Assembly: GCA_038150265.1 (NCBI GenBank)
Contig: JAYOTF010000004.1
Span: 1 to 64,000 of the forward strand
DNA: 64,000 nucleotides
Direction of reading: 5' to 3'
Source of the DNA: Deltaproteobacteria bacterium
GTDB lineage: Bacteria > SAR324 > NAC60-12
A program made the translations under genes and the position numbers. Position 1 is the stretch's first letter; every line of letters begins with the position of its first letter. Positions 47,150 through 56,786 of the stretch are shown piece by piece. The notes beneath the pieces were generated by a model. It did not search any database, was not told the DNA's origin, and saw only the letters and a list, made by a program, of their open reading frames with translations.

Positions 47150-48064
47150 ATGGCAGCACCGACCCTCACCCCACCCTTTTGGATTCGGCACCGAGACACC
47201 CTGGAGGGTTATGCCTTCCTGTTCCCGTTTCTGGTGGTCTATGCGGTCTTTCTGCTCTTTCCCTTCTTCAAGGGCATCTGGATCAGCCTTCATTCCTGGA
47301 ACCTGCTGGAAGTCGCCTTCAACCCGGAGGCAAAGACCTGGATCGGGCTGGCGAACTTCCTGGACCTGTTGACGCTGGACCGGCGTTTTTGGGACATCGT
47401 GCTCCACACCCTGGAGTTCGTCTTCCTCACGGTGCCGACCATCACGATCATCGGTTTGCTCCTCGCTGTTGCCCTGAACCGCGAAACGCGGGCAATGGCG
47501 ATCCTCCGGACGCTGTTTTTCCTCTCACAGGTGCTGTCGGTCACCGTCGTGACCCTGATCTGGCAGTTGCTGTACAGTCCGCAACAGGGGCTGATCGGGA
47601 AGGTTCTTGAGGCGTTGGGGCTGGAGGCGCTGGACTGGGTCACCTCGCCCGACCGGGCCATGCCGTCCCTGGTAATTGTGACGGTGTGGTGGTCCATCGG
47701 GTTTGCGATGATCCTCTTCCTCGCGGGGCTCCAGGAAATTCCGCAGGAGCGTTACGAGGCTGCGCGGCTGGATGGGGCTTCGCGCTGGAGGCTGCTCTGG
47801 CACATCACGCTTCCAGGCATCCGACGCACGACCACGCTGGTGGTCATCTTCGAAATCATCCTGCACTTTCAGGTCTTTGGACAGTCGCACCTGATCACCC
47901 GAGGGGGACCCAACGATCAGACGCAGGTGCTCGTCCGCTACATTTACCAAACGGCCTTCCGGGACTCGGAGCTGGGATACGCTTCCGCGTTAGCGATGGT
48001 GCTGTTTTTCCTGATGCTCGGCTTTTCGGTGCTTCAGCTTCGCCTCAACCGGGAGGATTCATGA
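47150..48064 (+). CDS. Carbohydrate ABC transporter permease
   Basis: LAGLQEIPQERYEAARLDGA EAA motif. Confidence 0.95.
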   Translation: MAAPTLTPPFWIRHRDTLEGYAFLFPFLVVYAVFLLFPFFKGIWISLHSWNLLEVAFNPEAKTWIGLANFLDLLTLDRRFWDIVLHTLEFVFLTVPTITIIGLLLAVALNRETRAMAILRTLFFLSQVLSVTVVTLIWQLLYSPQQGLIGKVLEALGLEALDWVTSPDRAMPSLVIVTVWWSIGFAMILFLAGLQEIPQERYEAARLDGASRWRLLWHITLPGIRRTTTLVVIFEIILHFQVFGQSHLITRGGPNDQTQVLVRYIYQTAFRDSELGYASALAMVLFFLMLGFSVLQLRLNREDS

Positions 48065-48900
48065 GCCGCGCCCGTCGCCAGTACTGGCTGCTGACTTCTT
48101 TCCTGGGCGCCTTGGCGTTCCTGTGGCTGGTTCCCACGCTGTGGATGCTGTCGCTGTCCTTTCAGCCCAACGACCTCCTGGCCCGGACGACCTCGAACTT
48201 TGCGTTTGGCCTCATTCCGTTTCCGTTTACCGGGGAAAACTACGTCCGGCTGCTCAACTATGGCCTCACGCCTCGCTGGTTCCTGAACAGCTTCATCGTT
48301 GCCGGAGGCATGACGGTGCTGGTGCTGGCGCTCTCTTCCACAGCCGGATACGCCCTGGCCCGGATTCCCTTCAAGGGGCGCTCGGTGGTGTACGCCCTCA
48401 TTGTGGCCGGGTTGGTGATTCCGGAGCAAGCGGTCTTCATTCCCCTCTACACGCAGTTTGCTGACTGGAAGCTGCACAACACCTACTTTGCGCTGATCAC
48501 CCCACGACTGGCAGTGCCGATTGGGGTGTTCCTGATGACTCAGTTCTTCCGGGGCATTCCAGCCGAGGTGGAGGAAGCCGCCCAGCTCGATGGCGCCAAC
48601 CGATGGGTCATCTTTACCCGCATCATGCTGCCGCTGTCGTGGCCGGCCCTGACGACGCTGGCGATCCTGACCTTTCTGTATGCCTGGAACGACTACCTGT
48701 GTCCACTCGTCTCGGCGCAGCGCAAGGAGATGTTTACCATCACCCTGGGGCTGGCAAGCCTGCAGAGCAACTTTGCGCAGTCGGAAGGACTCGGCCGGAT
48801 CATGGCCTCCGGCGTCTTTGCCAGCCTGCCGGTCATTCTCCTTTTCATCGCCTTTCAACGTTTCATCGTGCGCGGCATTGCCCTGGGAGGAAGCAAATGA
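48061..48900 (+). CDS. Carbohydrate ABC transporter permease
   Basis: IPAEVEEAAQLDGA, WNDYL. Confidence 0.95.
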   Translation: MSRARRQYWLLTSFLGALAFLWLVPTLWMLSLSFQPNDLLARTTSNFAFGLIPFPFTGENYVRLLNYGLTPRWFLNSFIVAGGMTVLVLALSSTAGYALARIPFKGRSVVYALIVAGLVIPEQAVFIPLYTQFADWKLHNTYFALITPRLAVPIGVFLMTQFFRGIPAEVEEAAQLDGANRWVIFTRIMLPLSWPALTTLAILTFLYAWNDYLCPLVSAQRKEMFTITLGLASLQSNFAQSEGLGRIMASGVFASLPVILLFIAFQRFIVRGIALGGSK

Positions 48901-48979
48901 TGCCGATTGTGTACGTCCTGCCCGCGTTGGCGCAGGGGCTTCCTTCCACTTATTCTGAATCTCACTACGGGAGTGAACT

Positions 48980-50275
48980 ATGAAAACTCTGCTTCGCTGG
49001 GGAGCCGTCTGCCTGCTGGGTCTGGCCCCTCTGTCTTCTGCATCCGCCCAAACGGAAATCACCCTGGGCCGCTTCTTTGGAGCCTGTGAAAATGCGGGCA
49101 CCAACATTTCGGAAGCCGTTGGGGAGGCCTGCATCATCCAGACGATCATCAACGCCTTCGACGCGGAAAAGTCACAGATCTCCGTGAACACGTTGCCGAC
49201 AGACTGGGGCAACTACTACGATCAGATCAAGGCCAGCTACGCCGGTGGCAATCCTCCGGACATCCACGTCATGCACCGGCACCGCATTCCGGAATTCGCC
49301 GGGCTGGGTGCCATCTCGGCCCTGACGCCCGCAGAGCTGCAGTCGGTGGGGGTGGACGTCAACGACTGGTCCGATTCCGCCCGTGAGGCCGTGAGCTACA
49401 ACGGCCAGATCTACGGCGTGCCCCTGGACTTCCATGCAAACCTGTGGCACCTCAACATGGACCTCTTCAAGAAGGCCGGCCTGATCAACCCGGACGGCAC
49501 CCCGATGCTGCCCTCCAACCCGCAGGAAATGCTGGAGCATGCCCAGAAGGTGAAGGCCGCCACAGGCAAGAACTACCTCGCCGCCGACTTTGCCGAGTTC
49601 CCCATTGGCGTCCGGCTCGTGCTGGCGCTGCTCTGGCAGCAGAACAGCAACGTGTTTGACGGCAAGCAGGCCACGATCAACACGCCCGAAGCCCAAAAGG
49701 CGGTCAAGGCCATCACCGACCTGTTTGCTCAGGGGTACGCCAACCCGAAGCTCAACTATGCCGACTCCCAGCAGTCGTTCCTGAACGGAGAAGCAGCGGT
49801 GCTGGTGAACGGAACCTGGGTGGTGGACTTCTACACCGCAGAAGCCGCCAAGCCGGAGGTGGCCCTGGGGAACTACTACGTCGCCGATTTCCCGACCCTG
49901 TTCAGCACGGGCGCGACCTGGGCCGATTCCCACATGTGGGCCATTCCAGCTTCGCTCAAGGGGCAGGATCCGGACAAGTTCCAGGCCTCGCTTGAGCTGC
50001 TCGGCTGGATCAATGCCCACAACCTCGACTGGGCCCGCACCGGACACATGGCCGTCCGGAAGTCCGTCCTGGCCAGCTCCGAGTACGCGAACCTGCCGCA
50101 CCGCAGCGAGTATGCGCACACCGGACAAATCGCCCGAGACGTGCCGCCGGCCCGCAAGTATGGCGCCATCCAGGATGTCCTCAACCGCGAGCTCCAGGCC
50201 ATCTGGCTCACCGACAAGCCGGTGGAAAGCGCCCTCGCCGATGCGGAAGCTGAAGTGCAGCGCCTCCTTCGCTAA
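48980..50275 (+). CDS. Carbohydrate ABC transporter substrate-binding protein
   Basis: Signal peptide, GNPPDI, YNGQIYGVP, NGTW. Confidence 0.93.
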   Translation: MKTLLRWGAVCLLGLAPLSSASAQTEITLGRFFGACENAGTNISEAVGEACIIQTIINAFDAEKSQISVNTLPTDWGNYYDQIKASYAGGNPPDIHVMHRHRIPEFAGLGAISALTPAELQSVGVDVNDWSDSAREAVSYNGQIYGVPLDFHANLWHLNMDLFKKAGLINPDGTPMLPSNPQEMLEHAQKVKAATGKNYLAADFAEFPIGVRLVLALLWQQNSNVFDGKQATINTPEAQKAVKAITDLFAQGYANPKLNYADSQQSFLNGEAAVLVNGTWVVDFYTAEAAKPEVALGNYYVADFPTLFSTGATWADSHMWAIPASLKGQDPDKFQASLELLGWINAHNLDWARTGHMAVRKSVLASSEYANLPHRSEYAHTGQIARDVPPARKYGAIQDVLNRELQAIWLTDKPVESALADAEAEVQRLLR

Positions 50276-50286
50276 CCCTCTTGTCG

Positions 50287-50311
50287 CCTGACCTCTCCGG
50301 AGGTCAGGTTT
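50287..50311 (+). terminator. Intergenic hairpin after the binding-protein gene
   Basis: CCTGACCTC-TCCG-GAGGTCAGG-TTT. Confidence 0.6.
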
Positions 50312-50333
50312 CCCCCTTGCGTCACCGGCCCTT

Positions 50334-52067
50334 ATGTCCCTTCCGCGTTCCGAATACCCGCGTCCTCAACTGCGCCGCTCCCGCTGGCTTTGCCTCAATG
50401 GCGAGTGGACGTATGCCTTTGACTTTGCCTGTTCCGGAGCGGAGCAGGGCTGGGCGCATTCTCAGGGATTTGACCAAACCATTCAGGTTCCTTTTTGTCC
50501 AGAAAGCGAACGTTCCGGAGTGGGCTACACGGACTTCATTCCGTCCCTTTGGTATCACCGCACCGTGGAGGTGCCAGAAGCCTGGGAAGGCTCTCGCATT
50601 CACCTGAACTTCGGGGGCGTGGACCATCACTGTGTCGTCTACCTCGATGGTGTTCGGATGGGCGAGCACTGGGGCGGCAGCGTCGGCTTCACCGTCGACC
50701 TCAGCCCGCAGGTTCGTTGCGGCACCACGCATCACCTGGTAGTTCAGGTGGAGGACCACCCACGGACCCGGCAGCAGCCATGCGGCAAGCAGAGCCTCAA
50801 GTGGAACTCCCACGGGTGCTACTACACGCGTGTGACCGGTATCTGGCAAACCGTCTGGCTCGAGCCGGTGGCGCCGTGCGGCGTTGAAAGCCTTCAGGTG
50901 CTGCCCGACTGGGATCAGGGGCAGTTTCACTGGATTCCCCGTTTTTGGGAAACCCCACTGGGCGCCACCGCTCATTACAAGCTGCTGAGTCAGGGAAGGC
51001 TGCTTGCCGAAACACGGGCCCCGCTGCAATCGGGCCTGCCGGTTTCGCTGCATCCGCCCGAGCCCCGGGCGTGGTCTCCCGACGACCCCTTTCTGTATGA
51101 CTGGGAGCTGGACCTCTATGATCCGGACGGGGAGTTGGTCGAAACCGTGAGCGGGTACGCCGGGCTGCGGAAGATTCACTGGCAGGACGGCAAGCTGTTC
51201 CTCAACAACGAGCCCCTCTACCTGCGGCTGGTGCTCGATCAGGGCTACTTTCCGGAAGGGCTCTGGACCGCGCCCACCGACGATGACCTGCGACGCGACA
51301 TTGAACTCGGACAGGCCGCAGGCTTCCACGGCGCCCGCCTGCACCAGAAGGTGTTTGAGGCACGCTACCACTACTGGGCCGACCGCCTGGGCTACCTGAC
51401 GTGGGCAGAAGCCCCGAGCTGGGGCCTTGAGGAAACCGACCCGGTTGCAGCCCGGAACTTCCTGAGCGAGTGGCAGGGCATTGTGGAGCAGGTCCGGAAC
51501 CACCCCTCCATCATCGCGTGGACGCCTCTGAACGAAACTCAGTTTCAGCAGGCCAGTCCGGAGCAGCGACGCTTCACCGAAGACGCCTATGCCCTCACCC
51601 GACAGCTGGACCCCACCCGTCCCATCAACGATGCCAGCGGCTGGGTTCACGTCAAGACCGACCTCTGGACCGTTCACTGCTACCAGCAGAATCCGGCCGA
51701 GGTGCAGGCGCTGCTGGAGCAGGAGCCACGCTTCCGCAACTACCCGGACCTCGAGCCCGCCTACGCGGGGCAGCCTTACCTCGTTGATGAATTCGGGGGC
51801 ATCTTCTGGAAAACGGAAGGCATTCCGGAGGGGTCCTGGGGCTACGGCGAAGCGCCTCAGACCCTGGCAGAATTCTATGAACGCCTGGAGGGACTCCTCC
51901 GGGTGATCCTCCAGCAGCGGCATGTGGTCGGGTACTGCTACACGCAACTCACGGATGTCGAGCAGGAGTGCAACGGGCTGTACACCTACCACCGGACCCC
52001 CAAGTTTGACCTCGACCGGATCGCCCGCCTCTTCCAGCAGCTTCCGGCCTCAGACGACGCGTCCTGA
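50334..52067 (+). CDS. Glycoside hydrolase family 2 (beta-galactosidase/glucuronidase-like)
   Basis: PRSEYPRPQ, LNGEW, TGIWQTVWLE, LDQGY, NHPSIIAW..LNE, DEFGG, YTQLTDVEQE. Confidence 0.93.
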   Translation: MSLPRSEYPRPQLRRSRWLCLNGEWTYAFDFACSGAEQGWAHSQGFDQTIQVPFCPESERSGVGYTDFIPSLWYHRTVEVPEAWEGSRIHLNFGGVDHHCVVYLDGVRMGEHWGGSVGFTVDLSPQVRCGTTHHLVVQVEDHPRTRQQPCGKQSLKWNSHGCYYTRVTGIWQTVWLEPVAPCGVESLQVLPDWDQGQFHWIPRFWETPLGATAHYKLLSQGRLLAETRAPLQSGLPVSLHPPEPRAWSPDDPFLYDWELDLYDPDGELVETVSGYAGLRKIHWQDGKLFLNNEPLYLRLVLDQGYFPEGLWTAPTDDDLRRDIELGQAAGFHGARLHQKVFEARYHYWADRLGYLTWAEAPSWGLEETDPVAARNFLSEWQGIVEQVRNHPSIIAWTPLNETQFQQASPEQRRFTEDAYALTRQLDPTRPINDASGWVHVKTDLWTVHCYQQNPAEVQALLEQEPRFRNYPDLEPAYAGQPYLVDEFGGIFWKTEGIPEGSWGYGEAPQTLAEFYERLEGLLRVILQQRHVVGYCYTQLTDVEQECNGLYTYHRTPKFDLDRIARLFQQLPASDDAS

Positions 52068-52319
52068 CGTCATGGGCTCGCCGGCCCCCGGTGAGCCGAC
52101 GTCCCCTCCAACCGGGTCGACCTCCTCGGCCCTCCGGTTTGGTGCGGCTCACTGCTGTTGTTCTTCTCGAGCCCATCCCTTCATGTTACGCTGAAGGCCA
52201 GCCCGGCATTCCGCTCCCTCCGGACGTCCCGGGGCGCCACAGCGGAAACAGGCCAAACGTCCCTGAATCCTCACGCTTGCGAACCCGACCCAGGCGTCTG
52301 TTCCCGAAAGCCCATCACC

Positions 52320-52670
52320 ATGCACCTGACTGTCAGCGCCAACGGCATCACCGTCGCCTATGCCCTCAACCGCAGTGGAGCCGCCAGCGACCTCCTCGCC
52401 CAGCTGCCCCTGTCCTCTCCGGTGAAGGATTATGGCGGCATCGAAAAGATCTTCTACCCCCCTCAGAAGCTCACCACCGCCCACACCCCACTCGTTCAGC
52501 AAGCCATGCCGGGAACGCTCGCGTACTATGCTCCCTGGGGGAACGTTGTGCTGTTTTACGGGAATTTCGGGGCGGCGGCCGGTCTGTATGAACTCGGACA
52601 CGCGGTGTCCGGGACAGACTGGATTCCCCGGCTTCAGGGGACCCTCCGCGTGGAAGCCCACGAGGAGTGA
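52320..52670 (+). CDS. Cyclophilin-like fold protein
   Basis: LLAQLPL, DYGGIEK, LAYYAPWGNVVLFY. Confidence 0.85.
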   Translation: MHLTVSANGITVAYALNRSGAASDLLAQLPLSSPVKDYGGIEKIFYPPQKLTTAHTPLVQQAMPGTLAYYAPWGNVVLFYGNFGAAAGLYELGHAVSGTDWIPRLQGTLRVEAHEE

Positions 52671-52687
52671 GGGCTGTGGGGGAGGGG

Positions 52688-54169
52688 CTACAGCGTCGTG
52701 TCCTTGAAGCGGGAACGACGGTGGACAAACGCCGGCCAGGGCTCGCCCTGTGACGTGTAGGCCTGCAGCAGGGTGAGGGCCTCCTGAACGCTCGGCTGCT
52801 GCTCCAGTGGCGGCACCGTATCCGCCTCCGGATCCAGCTCCTCCTTCACCAGCACATCCGGAAGCAGGCCCTTCTCATGGAGCGAGGTCCCATCCGGAAG
52901 CCGGTACTCGCCAATCGTCACCTTCACACCGGCGCCCGACTCGGTTTCCCAGGCCGACTGAATCGTGCCCTTCCCATAGGTCTTCTCTCCCAGCACCAGT
53001 GCCCGCTGATGCTGCTGAAGCGCGGAGGCGAGGATTTCTGAGGCGGAGGCACTGTTCCGGTTCACGAGCACCACAACGGGAACCGTGTTCCAGCGTTCCG
53101 GGAGGAACAGGCTCTGGGAGCGGTGCTGCTGCGAAGAAATGGTCGTGGACGCCTCCACAATCAGCTGGTCACGCGGAAGGAAGAGGTCACTGATTTCCAC
53201 AGCCGTCTCCAGCAGGCCTCCGGGGTTGTCACGCAGGTCGAGGATCACGGCCTCGCTGCCTTCCAGATCTCCGAGCTTCCGGACCAACTCCTGCGCCGAC
53301 CCCTGCTGAAAGGTGTCGAGGTGCGCAAACTGGACCGTACCGGTCGCCGTCTGCAGCGCACTCATCTGCAGGCTGTCCGCCTGCACCAGCTCGCGCCGCA
53401 GCTGCAGCACCAGGGCCTTCTCTCGCCCTTCGCGTTCCAGGGTCAGGGTCAGCAGCGTCCCGGGCTCTCCCTTGAGCTCTTCAAGGATGCGCTCCACGGT
53501 TTCAGCAGTGACGGCTTCACCATCCACCCGCAGGATGCGGTCGTCTGCCTGAACGCCCGCTTTTTCTGCAGGCGAGTCCGGAAAGATGTCCACCACCAGC
53601 AGCCTTCCGTCTTCCTCTCGAACCAGAATGCCCACCCCGGCGTAACGCCCGATGACGCTGTTCCGGAAGGCCTCAAACTCGTTGGGGGCAAACACGACGG
53701 TATGCGGGTCCAGCGCCGAAGTCAGGCCTGTTGCCAGCGCCAGTTCCAGCGGTTCCGAGTCCGGCGCCGCCTGCTGGTACCGCCCAACGGCTTCCTGCAG
53801 AAAGTCGTTCAGGTCTTCCAGTGACTGCAAGCGCCCGGAGGTCAGCAACGTGGCGCCCTCCGCATCCTGCAGCACGCGGGTCCGGCCTGCTTCCACGAGG
53901 GTCCAGCGCAGCTCGGGGAGGTCTTCGGCAACCTGCTTGAATGCGCCTTGCAGCAGCTGGTCCGGCTTCAGGTTGGGCCAGCGGTAGTAGTCGGCTTCCA
54001 GGTGCATGAGGACTTCTGCCAGCAGACGCGAGGGAACGTGTTCGTGGCGGGGCTCCAGCTGATCGGGAGAGTACACGCCCACGCATCCTCCCAACCCGAG
54101 CAGCAGGGTCAGGACCAGCGCGAGGAGGACCCGGGAGAGCGAGGAAAAGCGGAGGTTACGTTGCATCAC
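52688..54169 (-). CDS. S41 carboxy-terminal processing protease (CtpA-like) with PDZ domain
   Basis: LDPHT, GVGI, LDLRDNPGG, SASASE, KTYGKG; lipobox-like LGGC. Confidence 0.92.
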   Translation of the reverse strand: MMQRNLRFSSLSRVLLALVLTLLLGLGGCVGVYSPDQLEPRHEHVPSRLLAEVLMHLEADYYRWPNLKPDQLLQGAFKQVAEDLPELRWTLVEAGRTRVLQDAEGATLLTSGRLQSLEDLNDFLQEAVGRYQQAAPDSEPLELALATGLTSALDPHTVVFAPNEFEAFRNSVIGRYAGVGILVREEDGRLLVVDIFPDSPAEKAGVQADDRILRVDGEAVTAETVERILEELKGEPGTLLTLTLEREGREKALVLQLRRELVQADSLQMSALQTATGTVQFAHLDTFQQGSAQELVRKLGDLEGSEAVILDLRDNPGGLLETAVEISDLFLPRDQLIVEASTTISSQQHRSQSLFLPERWNTVPVVVLVNRNSASASEILASALQQHQRALVLGEKTYGKGTIQSAWETESGAGVKVTIGEYRLPDGTSLHEKGLLPDVLVKEELDPEADTVPPLEQQPSVQEALTLLQAYTSQGEPWPAFVHRRSRFKDTTL

Positions 54170-55835
54170 GAATCATCAGTTGAACCTTGCGTTGACCCCG
54201 GAACTCGTTGATTCCCAGCGTCACCGCCAGTTGGTTGGGCAGGGCATGCTCAAACGCCTCCGCCAGGTTCCACCCCAGCAGCTCCAGGCTCTGTCCAAGC
54301 TGCCACTTGACGTGACGGTCCTTGAGCGTCTGGAACGGCAGCGTGGGCACCGGGCAGGCGAACACGGGCTCCGGATTGGCCGCCCCAAAGGGTTCCAGCC
54401 GCAGCAGCTGCTGCACCAGCGGCAAGCTGAGTTGGTCGGGCTCCACCTGGCCATCAAGCTCCAGCTTGGGCGTGAGCTGGTTGGGCAGGCGGCTGGCGCA
54501 CACCTCGGCAAACTGGTTCTGGAACTCAAGGAGGTGGTCCGGATGCACCGAGCACCCGGCGGCGGCGGCGTGTCCACCGTAACGGACCAACCACTCGGCA
54601 CACGCGTCAAAGGCCTCCTTGAGGTGCAGCTCCGGAATCGACCGTCCAGACCCCTTGAGGAGGCCGTTGCTTTCGCTGAACACGACCACCGGTTTGTGCA
54701 GGCGTTCCACCAGCCGGGCTGCCACAATGCCATTGACGCCCTCATGAAATTCTGGATGAAACACGACCACGCCCCGCTGGTTCCGCTGTCCGGAAGCCAT
54801 CTGGGTGGCCGCAGCGAGCATTTCGTCGCCCAGCTCCCGCCGGCGCAGATTGATCTCATCCAGCTCCTCCGCAAGCCCCAGGGCCTCGTCTTCGTCCTGA
54901 CTCAGCAGCAGATTCACCGCCGGCGCGGCATCCTGCAGGCGTCCCACGGCGTTGATCATTGGGCCATACTTCCACCCCAGCGTCTGGGCGGTCACGGTCT
55001 GAACCTCCTTCAGGCGCTGCAGCACCCGGAAGGAAAGCCGGTGGCCTTCATTGAGCACCTTGAGGCCGTGGTGAACAATCACACGGTTTTCATCAATGAG
55101 CGGCACCACATCCGCAACGGTTCCCAGCGCAGCCAGGTCGAGCAGCAGGCGCAGGTTGGGCTCCGGACGGTCAGCGGTCCACCAGCCCTCTTCTCGCAAG
55201 GCGCGGCGCAGGGCCATCGCCAGCTTGAGCGCCACGCCACATCCGGAAATCTTCTTGAAGGGGTAGGCGCACTCGGGGTGATTCGGGTTGAGCACCAGTC
55301 CCTGGGGCAGCTTCTCCGGATCCGCCAGGTGGTGATCGGTGACCAGGACGGTCATCCCCTGTGCTTCCAGGTCTGCGGTCTCCGGACCAGCGGTGATGCC
55401 ATTGTCCACCGTCACCACCAGGTCGGGCTTCATGGCGGCCACCTCTGCCGCACTGGCCGGCGTGAGGCCATAGCCGTGGTCCACCCGATTGGGAATGAAG
55501 AAGCCCAGGTCGCGGAAGCCACAGGACTGGAAGAAGTCGAGCAGCAGCGCGGTGCCGGTCACGCCGTCCACGTCGTAGTCTCCGAGGATGACGATCCGCT
55601 TCTGCTGGTGCAGGGCATCGCGGAGCAAGCGAATGGCTTCCGGCATGTGCCGCATCAGCAGCGGATCATGCAGCTCGGAGAAGTCAGGGGCCAGAAACCG
55701 CCCTGCCGCCTCCGGAGAGGCATACCCGCGACGGAGCAGCAGCTGAGCGATCAGGGGCTCCAGCCGGTGGGCCTCCATCAGGGCCTGAACCTGGCTGGTG
55801 TCGGATTGGCCGGGGAGGACCCATTCTTTGCGCAT
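54156..55835 (-). CDS. recJ: ssDNA exonuclease RecJ
   Basis: GDYDVDG, VDNG, TDHH, GTVADV, GSGRS, GGHAAAAG. Confidence 0.96.
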   Translation of the reverse strand: MRKEWVLPGQSDTSQVQALMEAHRLEPLIAQLLLRRGYASPEAAGRFLAPDFSELHDPLLMRHMPEAIRLLRDALHQQKRIVILGDYDVDGVTGTALLLDFFQSCGFRDLGFFIPNRVDHGYGLTPASAAEVAAMKPDLVVTVDNGITAGPETADLEAQGMTVLVTDHHLADPEKLPQGLVLNPNHPECAYPFKKISGCGVALKLAMALRRALREEGWWTADRPEPNLRLLLDLAALGTVADVVPLIDENRVIVHHGLKVLNEGHRLSFRVLQRLKEVQTVTAQTLGWKYGPMINAVGRLQDAAPAVNLLLSQDEDEALGLAEELDEINLRRRELGDEMLAAATQMASGQRNQRGVVVFHPEFHEGVNGIVAARLVERLHKPVVVFSESNGLLKGSGRSIPELHLKEAFDACAEWLVRYGGHAAAAGCSVHPDHLLEFQNQFAEVCASRLPNQLTPKLELDGQVEPDQLSLPLVQQLLRLEPFGAANPEPVFACPVPTLPFQTLKDRHVKWQLGQSLELLGWNLAEAFEHALPNQLAVTLGINEFRGQRKVQLMIRDAT

Positions 55836-56476
55836 CAGGGGCTCTTCTGACGGAACGCCCGAGGCAACAGGTTGCGCTGAGAGAGGGTTCGGTACATCTG
55901 CAGGCAGATCCAGGCATCGGTTGCCGCATAGCTCTGCTGCGAGTCGTCCAGCTCCGGTTTTTCCCAGTTGGACAGCTGCGCCTTTTTGGAAATCCGGACC
56001 CCCAGCCAGATGGCGGCAAGGTTCCGGAGCCCCCGGGTGACAATCTTCATGCTTTCAGCAATATCTGCCAGCTCCACAAATCCCTGCGGTTGGAACATCT
56101 TCAGCTTCTGCAAGGTCCGGATGTCGTCTCGGATGGCAACACCGACTTTCAGAATCTGCGGATCTGCCAACACATCAATGACGGCATCGGGCAGGCCCAG
56201 GGTATTGAGGCGAAAGAGAAAGGCATCATTGACGGTGGACAGCTGCAGCAGGGCCACCGGATAGGACTCGCCCCGCTGAAAGGCCGGACGCGTCTCGGTG
56301 TCAAACCCCAGGCGGCGCTCGTACCGCATCTTCCGGACCGCCGCCTCAACCTGCTCGGGAGACTCAATGATGTGGATGGTTCCGGGAAAGGCAGCCACAG
56401 GGAGTTCCTGAAGCTCTTCTTTGGCAATCCGCTCCGGGTAAGGGGGGGAAGGGGGGGAAGGAAAAGATGTTCGCAA
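55835..56476 (-). CDS. DEDDy 3'-5' exonuclease (WRN/RNase D-like)
   Basis: GFDTETRP, LLQL, LSNWE, YAATDAW. Confidence 0.92.
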   Translation of the reverse strand: MRTSFPSPPSPPYPERIAKEELQELPVAAFPGTIHIIESPEQVEAAVRKMRYERRLGFDTETRPAFQRGESYPVALLQLSTVNDAFLFRLNTLGLPDAVIDVLADPQILKVGVAIRDDIRTLQKLKMFQPQGFVELADIAESMKIVTRGLRNLAAIWLGVRISKKAQLSNWEKPELDDSQQSYAATDAWICLQMYRTLSQRNLLPRAFRQKSP

Positions 56477-56786
56477 CAGTGGCCCCAGAGTTGAGGTGAT
56501 GAAGGTAAAGGAGGCAAGACCGCCGCAGGGCCGCCCTGTTCCTTGGTTTCAGTCGTGGCAGGATGCTCTCAATTGTGTTGGTCTGGAGGCGAAAGTGGCT
56601 CCGGAGGTCGGGGATCCGGCCAAAAACGCAACTCATCATAATCACTTGCCTGGCTTTGCGCAAGCCTCGGAAACACGCAGGTTTGTCCCCTCCAGACGCA
56701 TTCGCGCATTGCTCGAATGCCCAGGAATCGCTAGGATATGAGGTCAGATTCTAATGCACTCCGGCTCACGGCCCTCAAATCCCAGC

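Noticed and set aside
56441..56466. G-run repeat GGGGGGAAGGGGGGGAAGG as a phase-variable tract
   Set aside because: Encodes PSPPSPP at the exonuclease N-terminus; runs are short and the frame is intact
56581..56697. SRP (4.5S) RNA or tRNA
   Set aside because: No SRP domain IV motif and no cloverleaf or T-loop signature
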